From: a virus | Taxonomy: Duplodnaviria; Caudoviricetes | IMG/VR virus record: IMGVR_UViG_3300030095_000341 | Coordinates: 1-31,234 of that record | DNA: 31,234 nucleotides | Direction: 5' to 3' (one strand) | Shown: piece by piece, positions 1 through 7,078 of the stretch | Numbering within the stretch: the stretch's first letter is position 1 | How the letters are laid out: the number at the start of each line of letters is the position of its first letter | Notes under the pieces: model-generated | Database searches by the model: none | Seen by the model: the letters and a program-made list of their open reading frames with translations, nothing else | What the model was told of the DNA's origin: nothing | Translations under genes and position numbers: made by a program

Positions 1-3000
1 GAGATGATCGCTGAAAAATTTGGAACAGGGTCTGAAGCTCTTTCAGACGCCTCTACCGCCACCATAACGATGGCTGATGGGGCTTCAGACGCTTTCCGCT
101 CCACAGCACTAACACTCACAGGTTCTTTATCACAAGCCTGCACCGTGACGTTTGCCCCAAACACTATTAGTAACGTATGGGTAGTTCAAAACTCTGCTGG
201 CGATACCGTAACGATTTCACAAGGAACAGGCGCAAATGTGGTCATACCAAACGGCGGTATCCGCATGGTAGCTACAGACGGTGCTGGTTCAGGAGCAGCG
301 GTTACAGATGTCTTAGACGTACTAGGCGGTACAGGCAACGTAGGTTTGGGTTCAGGTGCGTTTGGCACAGGGCTGACTACAGGTACGGATAACGTAGCGA
401 TAGGTGAGGCTGCGGGTGATGCGCTTACAAGCGGTGCTGACAATACTTTTGTCGGTGACAATGCGGGTGGAGCAACGACAACAGGCTCAAACAACATCGC
501 AGTTGGCTCTGGCGCACTTGATGCGAATACCACCGCCTCAAACAACACAGCGGTTGGCACTGATGCTTTAGGGGCCAACACTACAGGTTCTGGTGGCGTA
601 GCAATCGGAAATGAGGCTTTAGAGGCCAATACCACTGGAGCGGAAAACACAGCGGTTGGCATATCTGCACTTAAAGTCAACACCACAGGCGCTCAGAATG
701 TTGCAGTTGGCACTTCTACTTTGGATGCCAACACAACTGGTGACTACAACGTAGCATTAGGCTCTAGTGCTTTGGGAGCTAATACCACCGCCTCAAACAA
801 CACAGCCGTTGGATATTCGGCTCTTACGGCCAACACAACCGGCACATCGAATGTTGCTGTTGGAGCTATTGCCTTAGATGCCAACACCACAGGAATTGAA
901 AACACGGCGGTTGGCTATGGATCTTTAACAGCTACGACAACTGGCGGTTATAACACAGGCATAGGCAAGGATACTTTAGGAAGTAACACAACGGGCCAAT
1001 ATAATAGTGCGGTTGGCAGAAGTGCTTTGTATAACAATACCACTGCGGATTACAACACTGCGATTGGTTATTATGCTTTGGTAGCTAACACCACAGGTAC
1101 AGAAAATGTAGCGGTGGGAACTAATGCTGGAGATGCTAATACAGAAGGAAACTACAATGTAGCAGTCGGCCATAATGCCCTAACATCAGATACATTGGGT
1201 AGTCGATCCGTTGCTATTGGGCGACACGCTCTTGAAACACAAAACTTTACAACAGCAACATCTGTCTACAATGTTGGTATTGGTTATAACGCTGGACGTT
1301 TAATCACCACAGGAACCCTGAACACCATCCTCGGTGGTCTTGCGGGGGACGCGATTACCACAGGAGCAGCCAATACTGCAATTGGGTATAACTCTTTAGG
1401 GGTAGCCACCACTGCCAATAACAATACGGCAGTCGGAGCGTATACGCTTGAGGACAACACTAGTGGCGCATCGAATGTCGCAGCCGGAGCTGGTTCATTA
1501 AAAAACAATACAACGGGAAACAACAATGTGGCGGTTGGTTTGGATTCGTTGATGACCAACACCACGGGCGCCCAAAATGTGGCTGTCGGTATGGGCGCTA
1601 TGGAAAGTAACACCACGGCAGAAAACAACACTGCTATGGGTTATAAAGCTCTTTACTCTAACACCACTGGCGACAGGATGGTGGCTCTCGGTGAATATGC
1701 TCTTTACTCTAACACCACCGCAGATGCAAATTCTGCTCTCGGTTATAGAAGTCTATATTACAACACCACCGGAGCAAACAACACCGCCATCGGGTTTGAA
1801 GCATTGTTTAACAACACCACCGGCAATTACAACGTGGCTGTCGGGTTAAACGCAATGCACCAAAACACAACAGGGTACGAAAACACGGCGCTTGGATATT
1901 TAGCTTTAGACGCTAACACAACGGCAACTTACAATGTTGCAGTCGGTAAAGATGCTGGTACGGCTGTAACGAGTGGTGGATACAGCACTATGATCGGAAC
2001 TGTCGCTGGTGCATCTATGACAACAGGGACAGCTTTAACGGCAGTTGGCTACGGTGCGGCAAATGCTAATTCTGCAAACGATATAGTAGCTGTAGGTTAT
2101 AGAGCGGCTGTTGCAAACACCACCGGTACTGTTATTACCGCAATTGGCACTGAGGCGTTAGAAGCTCAAACCACAGCTAGTTACAACACAGCAATAGGGT
2201 TTAGGGCAGGAGAAGACAATACTTCTGGGGCTGAAAATACTTATCTTGGATATTCTTCTGGATCCAATCTCACCACAGCGGATTACAGTACACTTCTTGG
2301 ATCTCAAGCGGGATCTAACAGCACGTTAACTGGGGATGCCAACACCTTTGTAGGAAGGGCTGCTGGACACTATTGCTCATCTGGTGCAGAGAATGCGTTT
2401 GTTGGGATGAATTGTGGATTAAATATTAGCACTGGATCTAGCAACACTTCTGTTGGAGTTTCTGCTGGTAGCCAAGTTACAACGGGTAGTCACAATGCTT
2501 TTCTTGGTCACAGTGCTGGAATGACTGGTAATCCCGGTGGAAACGTAACAACCCACAGCAATCATTTAATCGTAGGTAACGATAATACGGCATCAGCTTA
2601 TGTAAAAGTTTCTTGGACAGTAACCTCGGATGAAAGAGATAAGACTGATTTTAAAGACTTAGATGTCGGCTTGAATTTTATAAAAGCCCTTGAGCCTGTC
2701 ACTTTCTATTGGGATGAACGAGCTAAATATGTAGACACTACTGACCCTGATTGTGATTTAGATAAAGTAACCCATGACGGTACGCATAAGGGAGACAGGA
2801 TAGACATTGGCTTTAAAGCGCAAGCGGTGGAAAAGCTAGAAGAAGCGGCTGGGTATAAGATAGCCGATAAAACCAACCTAACAACGACTTTAACGGCAGA
2901 TGGCAAACAGTATGGTTTGAAATACGAACGATTTGTACCGATTTTAGTTAAAGCGGTTCAAGAACTTTCAGATCAGGTAACAGATCTAAAAGAACAACTA

Positions 3001-3021
3001 GATAAATGTAATTGCGAATAG
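1..3021 (+). CDS. Tail fibre / receptor-binding protein with 17-aa repeats and C-terminal intramolecular chaperone (peptidase S74-like); probably 5'-truncated
   Basis: Frame is open from base 1, so the ATG at 4 may be internal. Long G/A/N/T-rich repeat body. SDERDKTDFKDL at ~2626 followed by GFKAQAV, YGLKYERFVPILVKAVQEL and a terminal coiled coil is the typical S74 chaperone signature. Confidence 0.88.
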   Translation, partial: EMIAEKFGTGSEALSDASTATITMADGASDAFRSTALTLTGSLSQACTVTFAPNTISNVWVVQNSAGDTVTISQGTGANVVIPNGGIRMVATDGAGSGAAVTDVLDVLGGTGNVGLGSGAFGTGLTTGTDNVAIGEAAGDALTSGADNTFVGDNAGGATTTGSNNIAVGSGALDANTTASNNTAVGTDALGANTTGSGGVAIGNEALEANTTGAENTAVGISALKVNTTGAQNVAVGTSTLDANTTGDYNVALGSSALGANTTASNNTAVGYSALTANTTGTSNVAVGAIALDANTTGIENTAVGYGSLTATTTGGYNTGIGKDTLGSNTTGQYNSAVGRSALYNNTTADYNTAIGYYALVANTTGTENVAVGTNAGDANTEGNYNVAVGHNALTSDTLGSRSVAIGRHALETQNFTTATSVYNVGIGYNAGRLITTGTLNTILGGLAGDAITTGAANTAIGYNSLGVATTANNNTAVGAYTLEDNTSGASNVAAGAGSLKNNTTGNNNVAVGLDSLMTNTTGAQNVAVGMGAMESNTTAENNTAMGYKALYSNTTGDRMVALGEYALYSNTTADANSALGYRSLYYNTTGANNTAIGFEALFNNTTGNYNVAVGLNAMHQNTTGYENTALGYLALDANTTATYNVAVGKDAGTAVTSGGYSTMIGTVAGASMTTGTALTAVGYGAANANSANDIVAVGYRAAVANTTGTVITAIGTEALEAQTTASYNTAIGFRAGEDNTSGAENTYLGYSSGSNLTTADYSTLLGSQAGSNSTLTGDANTFVGRAAGHYCSSGAENAFVGMNCGLNISTGSSNTSVGVSAGSQVTTGSHNAFLGHSAGMTGNPGGNVTTHSNHLIVGNDNTASAYVKVSWTVTSDERDKTDFKDLDVGLNFIKALEPVTFYWDERAKYVDTTDPDCDLDKVTHDGTHKGDRIDIGFKAQAVEKLEEAAGYKIADKTNLTTTLTADGKQYGLKYERFVPILVKAVQELSDQVTDLKEQLDKCNCE
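328..2580 (+). repeat. Tandem 17-aa (51-nt) coding repeat, consensus about NTTGxxNxAVGxxALxA, roughly 40-45 degenerate units
   Basis: Consecutive units NTTASNNTAVGTDALGA / NTTGSGGVAIGNEALEA / NTTGAENTAVGISALKV. Exact DNA copies: aataccaccgcctcaaacaacacagc at 526 and 781 (255 nt = 5x51) and gctctttactctaacaccac at 1648 and 1699 (51 nt). Boundaries approximate. Confidence 0.9.
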
Positions 3022-3030
3022 GAGACTAAA

Positions 3031-3372
3031 ATGGCAGTAAAGAAAACTTTAATTGAAGCTGTTCCCTCAAGTGAAGGCGGGAAAGTGGTTCGTTGGGATC
3101 TTACAATGAAGTACGAACAGGGTACTGAAGGTAAAGCTGATTATTATACAAATGAGAAAAGGGCTACAGTTGAGGCTACCGTAGAAGGCTTAAACGGTTC
3201 AACTACGACTAACTTTACGCCAAAAGCAGAAGGCGAATGGACTAAGAAAGAGCTTGAAAATTTGTGTCCTACAGCTAAATGGGACGACATATTTGACCAA
3301 CAGTATGATTCAGTTATTAAGAATCCTAAGACCACTCCTGTGCCTAATACTAAGTTTGCGATACCAAGTTAA
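3031..3372 (+). CDS. Hypothetical protein, possibly tail-fibre associated
   Basis: AGGAGA RBS before the ATG; directly follows the fibre gene; stop overlaps the next start (TAATG). Confidence 0.75.
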   Translation: MAVKKTLIEAVPSSEGGKVVRWDLTMKYEQGTEGKADYYTNEKRATVEATVEGLNGSTTTNFTPKAEGEWTKKELENLCPTAKWDDIFDQQYDSVIKNPKTTPVPNTKFAIPS

Positions 3373-4076
3373 TGGAGCCGCAAGCTTACACATTCCATAC
3401 GCTACCAGCAGTTTTTATGCTAGAGACTCAGCTACCTGAGTATATCGTGGGTGATCTAAACACTTATCTGGATAAGCTGATGGTTGCCGAAGAGCGTAAG
3501 AGTCATGCGGGTACGCTAGTAGGGCAGATAGGTCACGGGCAACAGCTTACGATGGATCACCTTTGTGAAGAGATGAAAGACTTCAATACGATGATTCAAG
3601 GGTTGGCCATGGATTATGTTAAGCAATTTCATGCTGCTTCTGGTAATTCGCTACAAGGTCATCGAGAAATATTGACTGATGAGCTTTGGTCGGTACACAG
3701 TTATGAGCGTGACTATAACCCAATACATGATCATGGCACTAAAACGATTATGGGAGTCTCCTGCACAACATGGACAAAAGTACCACAACAAATCCTAGAC
3801 CAGCCGACAGCGGGAAGCCCAGAGTACAGCCTGTATAACGCATCAGGTAATGCTGATGGTTGTTTGGCATTTAGTTATGGTCGTAATAGTTTAATAGACG
3901 TAGAACGGTTAGCACCCCCGCAGAGCTTTATTATCAAGCCAGAAGTAGGAAAGATGCTGATGTTCCCTAGCTGGTTAACACATATGGTTTACCCTTTTGA
4001 GGGTAAAGGAGAACGGCGCACAGTCGCTGCAAATTTAAATGTATGGAAGGTAAAGGAAGATGGAACCAGACACTAA
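3372..4076 (+). CDS. Putative 2OG-Fe(II) oxygenase
   Basis: YNPIHDH (HxH/D iron ligands), PEVGKMLMFPSWLTHMVYPF (distal His) and ERRTVAANL (2OG-binding Arg). Confidence 0.85.
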   Translation: MEPQAYTFHTLPAVFMLETQLPEYIVGDLNTYLDKLMVAEERKSHAGTLVGQIGHGQQLTMDHLCEEMKDFNTMIQGLAMDYVKQFHAASGNSLQGHREILTDELWSVHSYERDYNPIHDHGTKTIMGVSCTTWTKVPQQILDQPTAGSPEYSLYNASGNADGCLAFSYGRNSLIDVERLAPPQSFIIKPEVGKMLMFPSWLTHMVYPFEGKGERRTVAANLNVWKVKEDGTRH

Positions 4077-4290
4077 AGAAGTTGTAGATGCAGAGGTTGT
4101 AGAAGAAGCAGAGGTTGCTCAACTTCCTCCTAATCCTGAGATGTTAAACACCAGGATGGACGAGCTTAGAGAACAGATTGCTCAAATAACCCAGATTATT
4201 AATTCTAATCAAAAACAACTTGATACACACATGGCAGCATTTAACTGGTATGCGCAACAACTAGAAACGGTTACTCCGGAGCAAGAATAA
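4060..4290 (+). CDS. Small acidic coiled-coil hypothetical protein
   Basis: AAGGA RBS; heptad-like LREQIAQITQIIN; stop overlaps next start. Confidence 0.7.
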   Translation: MEPDTKEVVDAEVVEEAEVAQLPPNPEMLNTRMDELREQIAQITQIINSNQKQLDTHMAAFNWYAQQLETVTPEQE

Positions 4291-4493
4291 TGGATTTTGT
4301 TCTTAATATAATATCTGTAGTAACGGGTATTGTGTGTGCAGCATCGATTATATGCAGCCTTACTCCTACACCTAAAGATGATGCGTTGATTGGACGGCTA
4401 TATAAGATCGTTGAGATCGCAGCGTTAAACATTGGTAAGGCAAAAGAAGGAGCTACAGCTAATCCAATTAAGTTTGTCAAAAGGTCTGATTAA
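4290..4493 (+). CDS. Small membrane protein (holin-like candidate)
   Basis: Hydrophobic N-terminus, TPTPKDD turn, second hydrophobic stretch and basic tail; TAATG coupling on both sides. Confidence 0.65.
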   Translation: MDFVLNIISVVTGIVCAASIICSLTPTPKDDALIGRLYKIVEIAALNIGKAKEGATANPIKFVKRSD

Positions 4494-4738
4494 TGCCGGC
4501 AAAAAAGACGACAAGCAATTCTAAAACAACCAGGAAGAAAACAACTCCTGTTTCAGACGCACAAATAGCTCTGAACGAAATAAGAACCCATGAAAGAGAA
4601 TGCGCTTTAAGATATGAGCGTATTGAAGAGCGGTTAGCTGAGGGTTCTAGTAAGTTTCAAAAACTAGAAAGAATGATTTGGGGTGTGTATATATTGATTG
4701 TGGGAAGTATTTTAATTCCCCAGTTTTTAGGAGTGTGA
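4493..4738 (+). CDS. Small coiled-coil protein with C-terminal transmembrane helix
   Basis: Basic N-terminus, HERECALRYERIEERL helix, C-terminal IWGVYILIVGSILIP segment. Confidence 0.7.
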   Translation: MPAKKTTSNSKTTRKKTTPVSDAQIALNEIRTHERECALRYERIEERLAEGSSKFQKLERMIWGVYILIVGSILIPQFLGV

Positions 4739-4739
4739 T

Positions 4740-5030
4740 ATGAGCGATGGAAACAGTATTAAAATCCCAACGTGGGCGTTGCCTATTGGTGCGGCTATTG
4801 TGTCTGGTGCAATAGCGTGGGGATCTATGCAGGCTCAAGCTTCAGCAACAGCTGACGAAGTCGCAGAGATTAAAGTAAAAGTTGAAGAAGCCGACACAAC
4901 GGGAAAGTTGAACGCACAAGCGATAGAACAAATAACTCAATCGCTTGCACAGATGAACGAGACAGCTCGAGACTCGGATGCAAAACTTCAGACGTTGATA
5001 GAGTTAATGATCAAACAATCCGCGAATTAG
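4740..5030 (+). CDS. N-terminally membrane-anchored coiled-coil protein (zero-frame product of candidate frameshift gene)
   Basis: AGGAG RBS; hydrophobic WALPIGAAIVSGAIAWG followed by an amphipathic helix; in-phase G GGA AAG at 4901-4907. Confidence 0.75.
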   Translation: MSDGNSIKIPTWALPIGAAIVSGAIAWGSMQAQASATADEVAEIKVKVEEADTTGKLNAQAIEQITQSLAQMNETARDSDAKLQTLIELMIKQSAN

Positions 5031-5308
5031 TAGATTACGATCCAAAAAATCCGAACTTAGATTGTGATTTACGCGAATGGAGACTCTTAGAAACGATTCA
5101 ACCGCCATCTGAACGTCATGAGGTTGCTCTTGACTGGTTAAGGTGGAACAGACAAAAATGTGAATACGGAGGGCAGATATATATTCGGAATACAATGCCC
5201 CGTGTCCTAGGAACAGCGCACAGTGTTAGGGTGGAAATGTTGACATGGGAGTTAGTAAGACCTGAAGCAGAAGTAACACAAGCAATTTTAAAAAAGAGAA
5301 GATTGTGA
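4907..5308 (+). CDS. Candidate -1 frameshift extension (133 codons) of the 4740 gene; absent from ORF track
   Basis: Frame is stop-free from 4886 to TGA 5306-5308 with no ATG/GTG/TTG before 5195. It is the -1 frame at the slippery site, fills the 5031-5304 gap, and its stop overlaps the next gene's GTG (GTGA). Confidence 0.65.
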   Translation, partial: VERTSDRTNNSIACTDERDSSRLGCKTSDVDRVNDQTIRELVDYDPKNPNLDCDLREWRLLETIQPPSERHEVALDWLRWNRQKCEYGGQIYIRNTMPRVLGTAHSVRVEMLTWELVRPEAEVTQAILKKRRL

Positions 5309-5559
5309 GAACAATGATGATTTTCGTGTTAATTATCCTGAAACAAGGAGAACCTAACCTTGAATTGTACTTCACTGAATTAACAAGTTGTTTAGAATAT
5401 CGTGATGCTTTAATTCATCAAAGCGTTGGGGTTCATAACTGGGTTCACAGTAAAACTAAACATTTTGATGGATATTGTGAAGTTAGAGAGATCTTAACGA
5501 GCGAAGCAGGGGTTAAATATATATTTAGAGACCCGAAGGTTAAAAAAGACGATGGATAG
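5305..5559 (+). CDS. Hypothetical protein with hydrophobic N-terminus and two Cys (possibly exported)
   Basis: MMIFVLIILK hydrophobic leader; Cys in TSCLE and GYCEV; true start may be the ATG at 5314. Confidence 0.65.
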   Translation: MRTMMIFVLIILKQGEPNLELYFTELTSCLEYRDALIHQSVGVHNWVHSKTKHFDGYCEVREILTSEAGVKYIFRDPKVKKDDG

Positions 5560-5562
5560 ATT

Positions 5563-5883
5563 ATGAATGCAAAAAAACTTGAACCAAAATCTCGTTATGC
5601 GGAGTACGACACAGACGGAGACGGGATAGTAAGCGATGAAGAACTCGCACGACATCAAGAAATGTTGCAGCTGGAGCTTCAAGAAGAAAAAGCCGATAGC
5701 CAGCGTAAAATGGCTTGGGTGGCTATGATCAGTATGTGCGTGTTTGCTTTACTTCCTCTTGCTCCTTTCGTTCCTGCTGATCGTCTCTCTACATTAGCTT
5801 CATTAAGTGATATGTTGTTTTTATCTCAAGCTAGTGTTGTAGGTTTGTATTTCGGAGCTACCGCATACATGGCGAGAAAATGA
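5563..5883 (+). CDS. EF-hand-containing two-TM membrane protein, holin candidate
   Basis: Canonical EF-loop DTDGDGIVSDEE; hydrophobic MAWVAMISMCVFALLPLAPF and LFLSQASVVGLYFGATAY; lies directly upstream of the spanins and lysozyme. Confidence 0.65.
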   Translation: MNAKKLEPKSRYAEYDTDGDGIVSDEELARHQEMLQLELQEEKADSQRKMAWVAMISMCVFALLPLAPFVPADRLSTLASLSDMLFLSQASVVGLYFGATAYMARK

Positions 5884-6326
5884 TAGGGTTTAAACTTAGT
5901 GCAGGATTAGGAATTGCTTTAATTGCTTTAGCAGGGGCTTTTAAACTTTACTACGATAAATCACAAGCAGAGCTTGATTCATTTCAATTACAGTTAGAGC
6001 GTTCAATTCAGAATGAAAAAATCTTAGAAAGTACGATTGCAGAACAAAATGAAAACCTTGAACAAACTATTGAAAATCAAAAACTTATGATTACTCAAGT
6101 AGAAAGATTGAGTGAAGAAAATCAAAAAGCTCAGGTAGAGGTTGACACTATTAGAAAAAAGTTCGCGAAGCACAATATGGATGTGCTATCCCTAAGAAAG
6201 CCTAAGTTAATTCAGAAAATTATAAACAAAGGAACTAAAGAGGTGTTAACTGAACTTGAAAACATCACTGACCCACAACAATTTAATGAAACTGATCCTG
6301 TTCTTACTGCTACTTCTGCTGGCTAG
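5880..6326 (+). CDS. Putative inner-membrane spanin (Rz-like)
   Basis: N-terminal TM segment then a long coiled coil; 3' end overlaps a lipoprotein gene. Confidence 0.75.
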   Translation: MIGFKLSAGLGIALIALAGAFKLYYDKSQAELDSFQLQLERSIQNEKILESTIAEQNENLEQTIENQKLMITQVERLSEENQKAQVEVDTIRKKFAKHNMDVLSLRKPKLIQKIINKGTKEVLTELENITDPQQFNETDPVLTATSAG

Positions 6327-6666
6327 TGGTTGTTCTCTTTTAGGATCTAAAAGAGAGATCCCAGAAGTTGCCCCTGTAGAGGTTATTACTGTTGTAAAAC
6401 AGGCTCCTCTTTATCATCCTCCTCTTCCTAATAGTATTAGTTCTTCGCCTGTGGAATGGACGGTACTTACCCCTGAAACGATGCAGGATTATTTAACTGA
6501 TCTTGAAGAAGGAAATGCTCCAACTAACGCATGGTATTCTTTAACTACGAAAGGCTACGAAAACCTCTCGTATAATATGGCTGAAATTAAACGATACATT
6601 AGACAAGTTTTATCTATAATTGACTATTACAGAGAATCCGATAACAAGGAGGAAGTCGATGAGTGA
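6286..6666 (+). CDS. Putative outer-membrane spanin lipoprotein (Rz1-like)
   Basis: ATG at 6286 gives MKLILFLLLLLLASGC (lipobox) followed by a Pro-rich segment; overlaps the i-spanin 3' end. Confidence 0.8.
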   Translation: MKLILFLLLLLLASGCSLLGSKREIPEVAPVEVITVVKQAPLYHPPLPNSISSSPVEWTVLTPETMQDYLTDLEEGNAPTNAWYSLTTKGYENLSYNMAEIKRYIRQVLSIIDYYRESDNKEEVDE

Positions 6667-7078
6667 ATTGACTGAGATGTTAAGAAAACATGAAGGAGTT
6701 CGAGACAAAGTTTATTTGTGTAGTGCGGGCTACGAAACAATAGGAGTGGGTCGCAACATAAGTGAGGACGGACTAGGGCTTTCTGACGATGAAATTGATT
6801 ATCTTTTAAGTAATGACATTAAAAGAGTTCGAGAAGAACTTACAGAAGAATACTATTGGTTCGCAGGACTAGATGAAGCTCGACAAGACGCTATGATAGA
6901 CATTAGTTTCAATCTTGGTCAAACAAGACTAAGAGGTTTTGTAAAGTCACTGGAAGCGATGGCTCGTGAGGATTTCGATACAGCAGCTGATGAGTTTATG
7001 GACTCTAAGTGGAGTGAACAGGTGGGAGATCGTGCTGTAGAGGTTACAGAAATTATACGAACAGGAGAGTATCAGTAA
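6659..7078 (+). CDS. Endolysin, T4-like lysozyme (GH24)
   Basis: HEGVRDKVYLCSAGYETIGVG (E-x8-C-x5-T catalytic pattern), FNLG and SKWSEQVGDRA; AAGGAGG RBS before the ATG at 6659. Confidence 0.9.
   Translation: MSELTEMLRKHEGVRDKVYLCSAGYETIGVGRNISEDGLGLSDDEIDYLLSNDIKRVREELTEEYYWFAGLDEARQDAMIDISFNLGQTRLRGFVKSLEAMAREDFDTAADEFMDSKWSEQVGDRAVEVTEIIRTGEYQ

Noticed and set aside
526-1718. Regularly spaced DNA repeats resembling a CRISPR array or DGR template/variable repeats
   Set aside because: Spacing is a multiple of 51 nt in frame with the protein repeat; no unique spacers, cas genes or reverse transcriptase in the window.
177-2906. Alternative-frame and antisense ORFs inside the tail fibre (e.g. 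186-686 and 1284-1631 minus)
   Set aside because: Shadows of the repetitive, codon-biased fibre gene; no independent motifs.
4501-4507. In-phase A AAA AAG slippery heptamer in ORF 4493
   Set aside because: The -1 frame stops at TAA 4522-4524 after five codons, giving no plausible product.
5004-5195. Minus-strand 63-aa ORF as the occupant of the 5031-5304 gap
   Set aside because: Opposes an all-plus operon; the plus-strand -1 frame explains the gap better.
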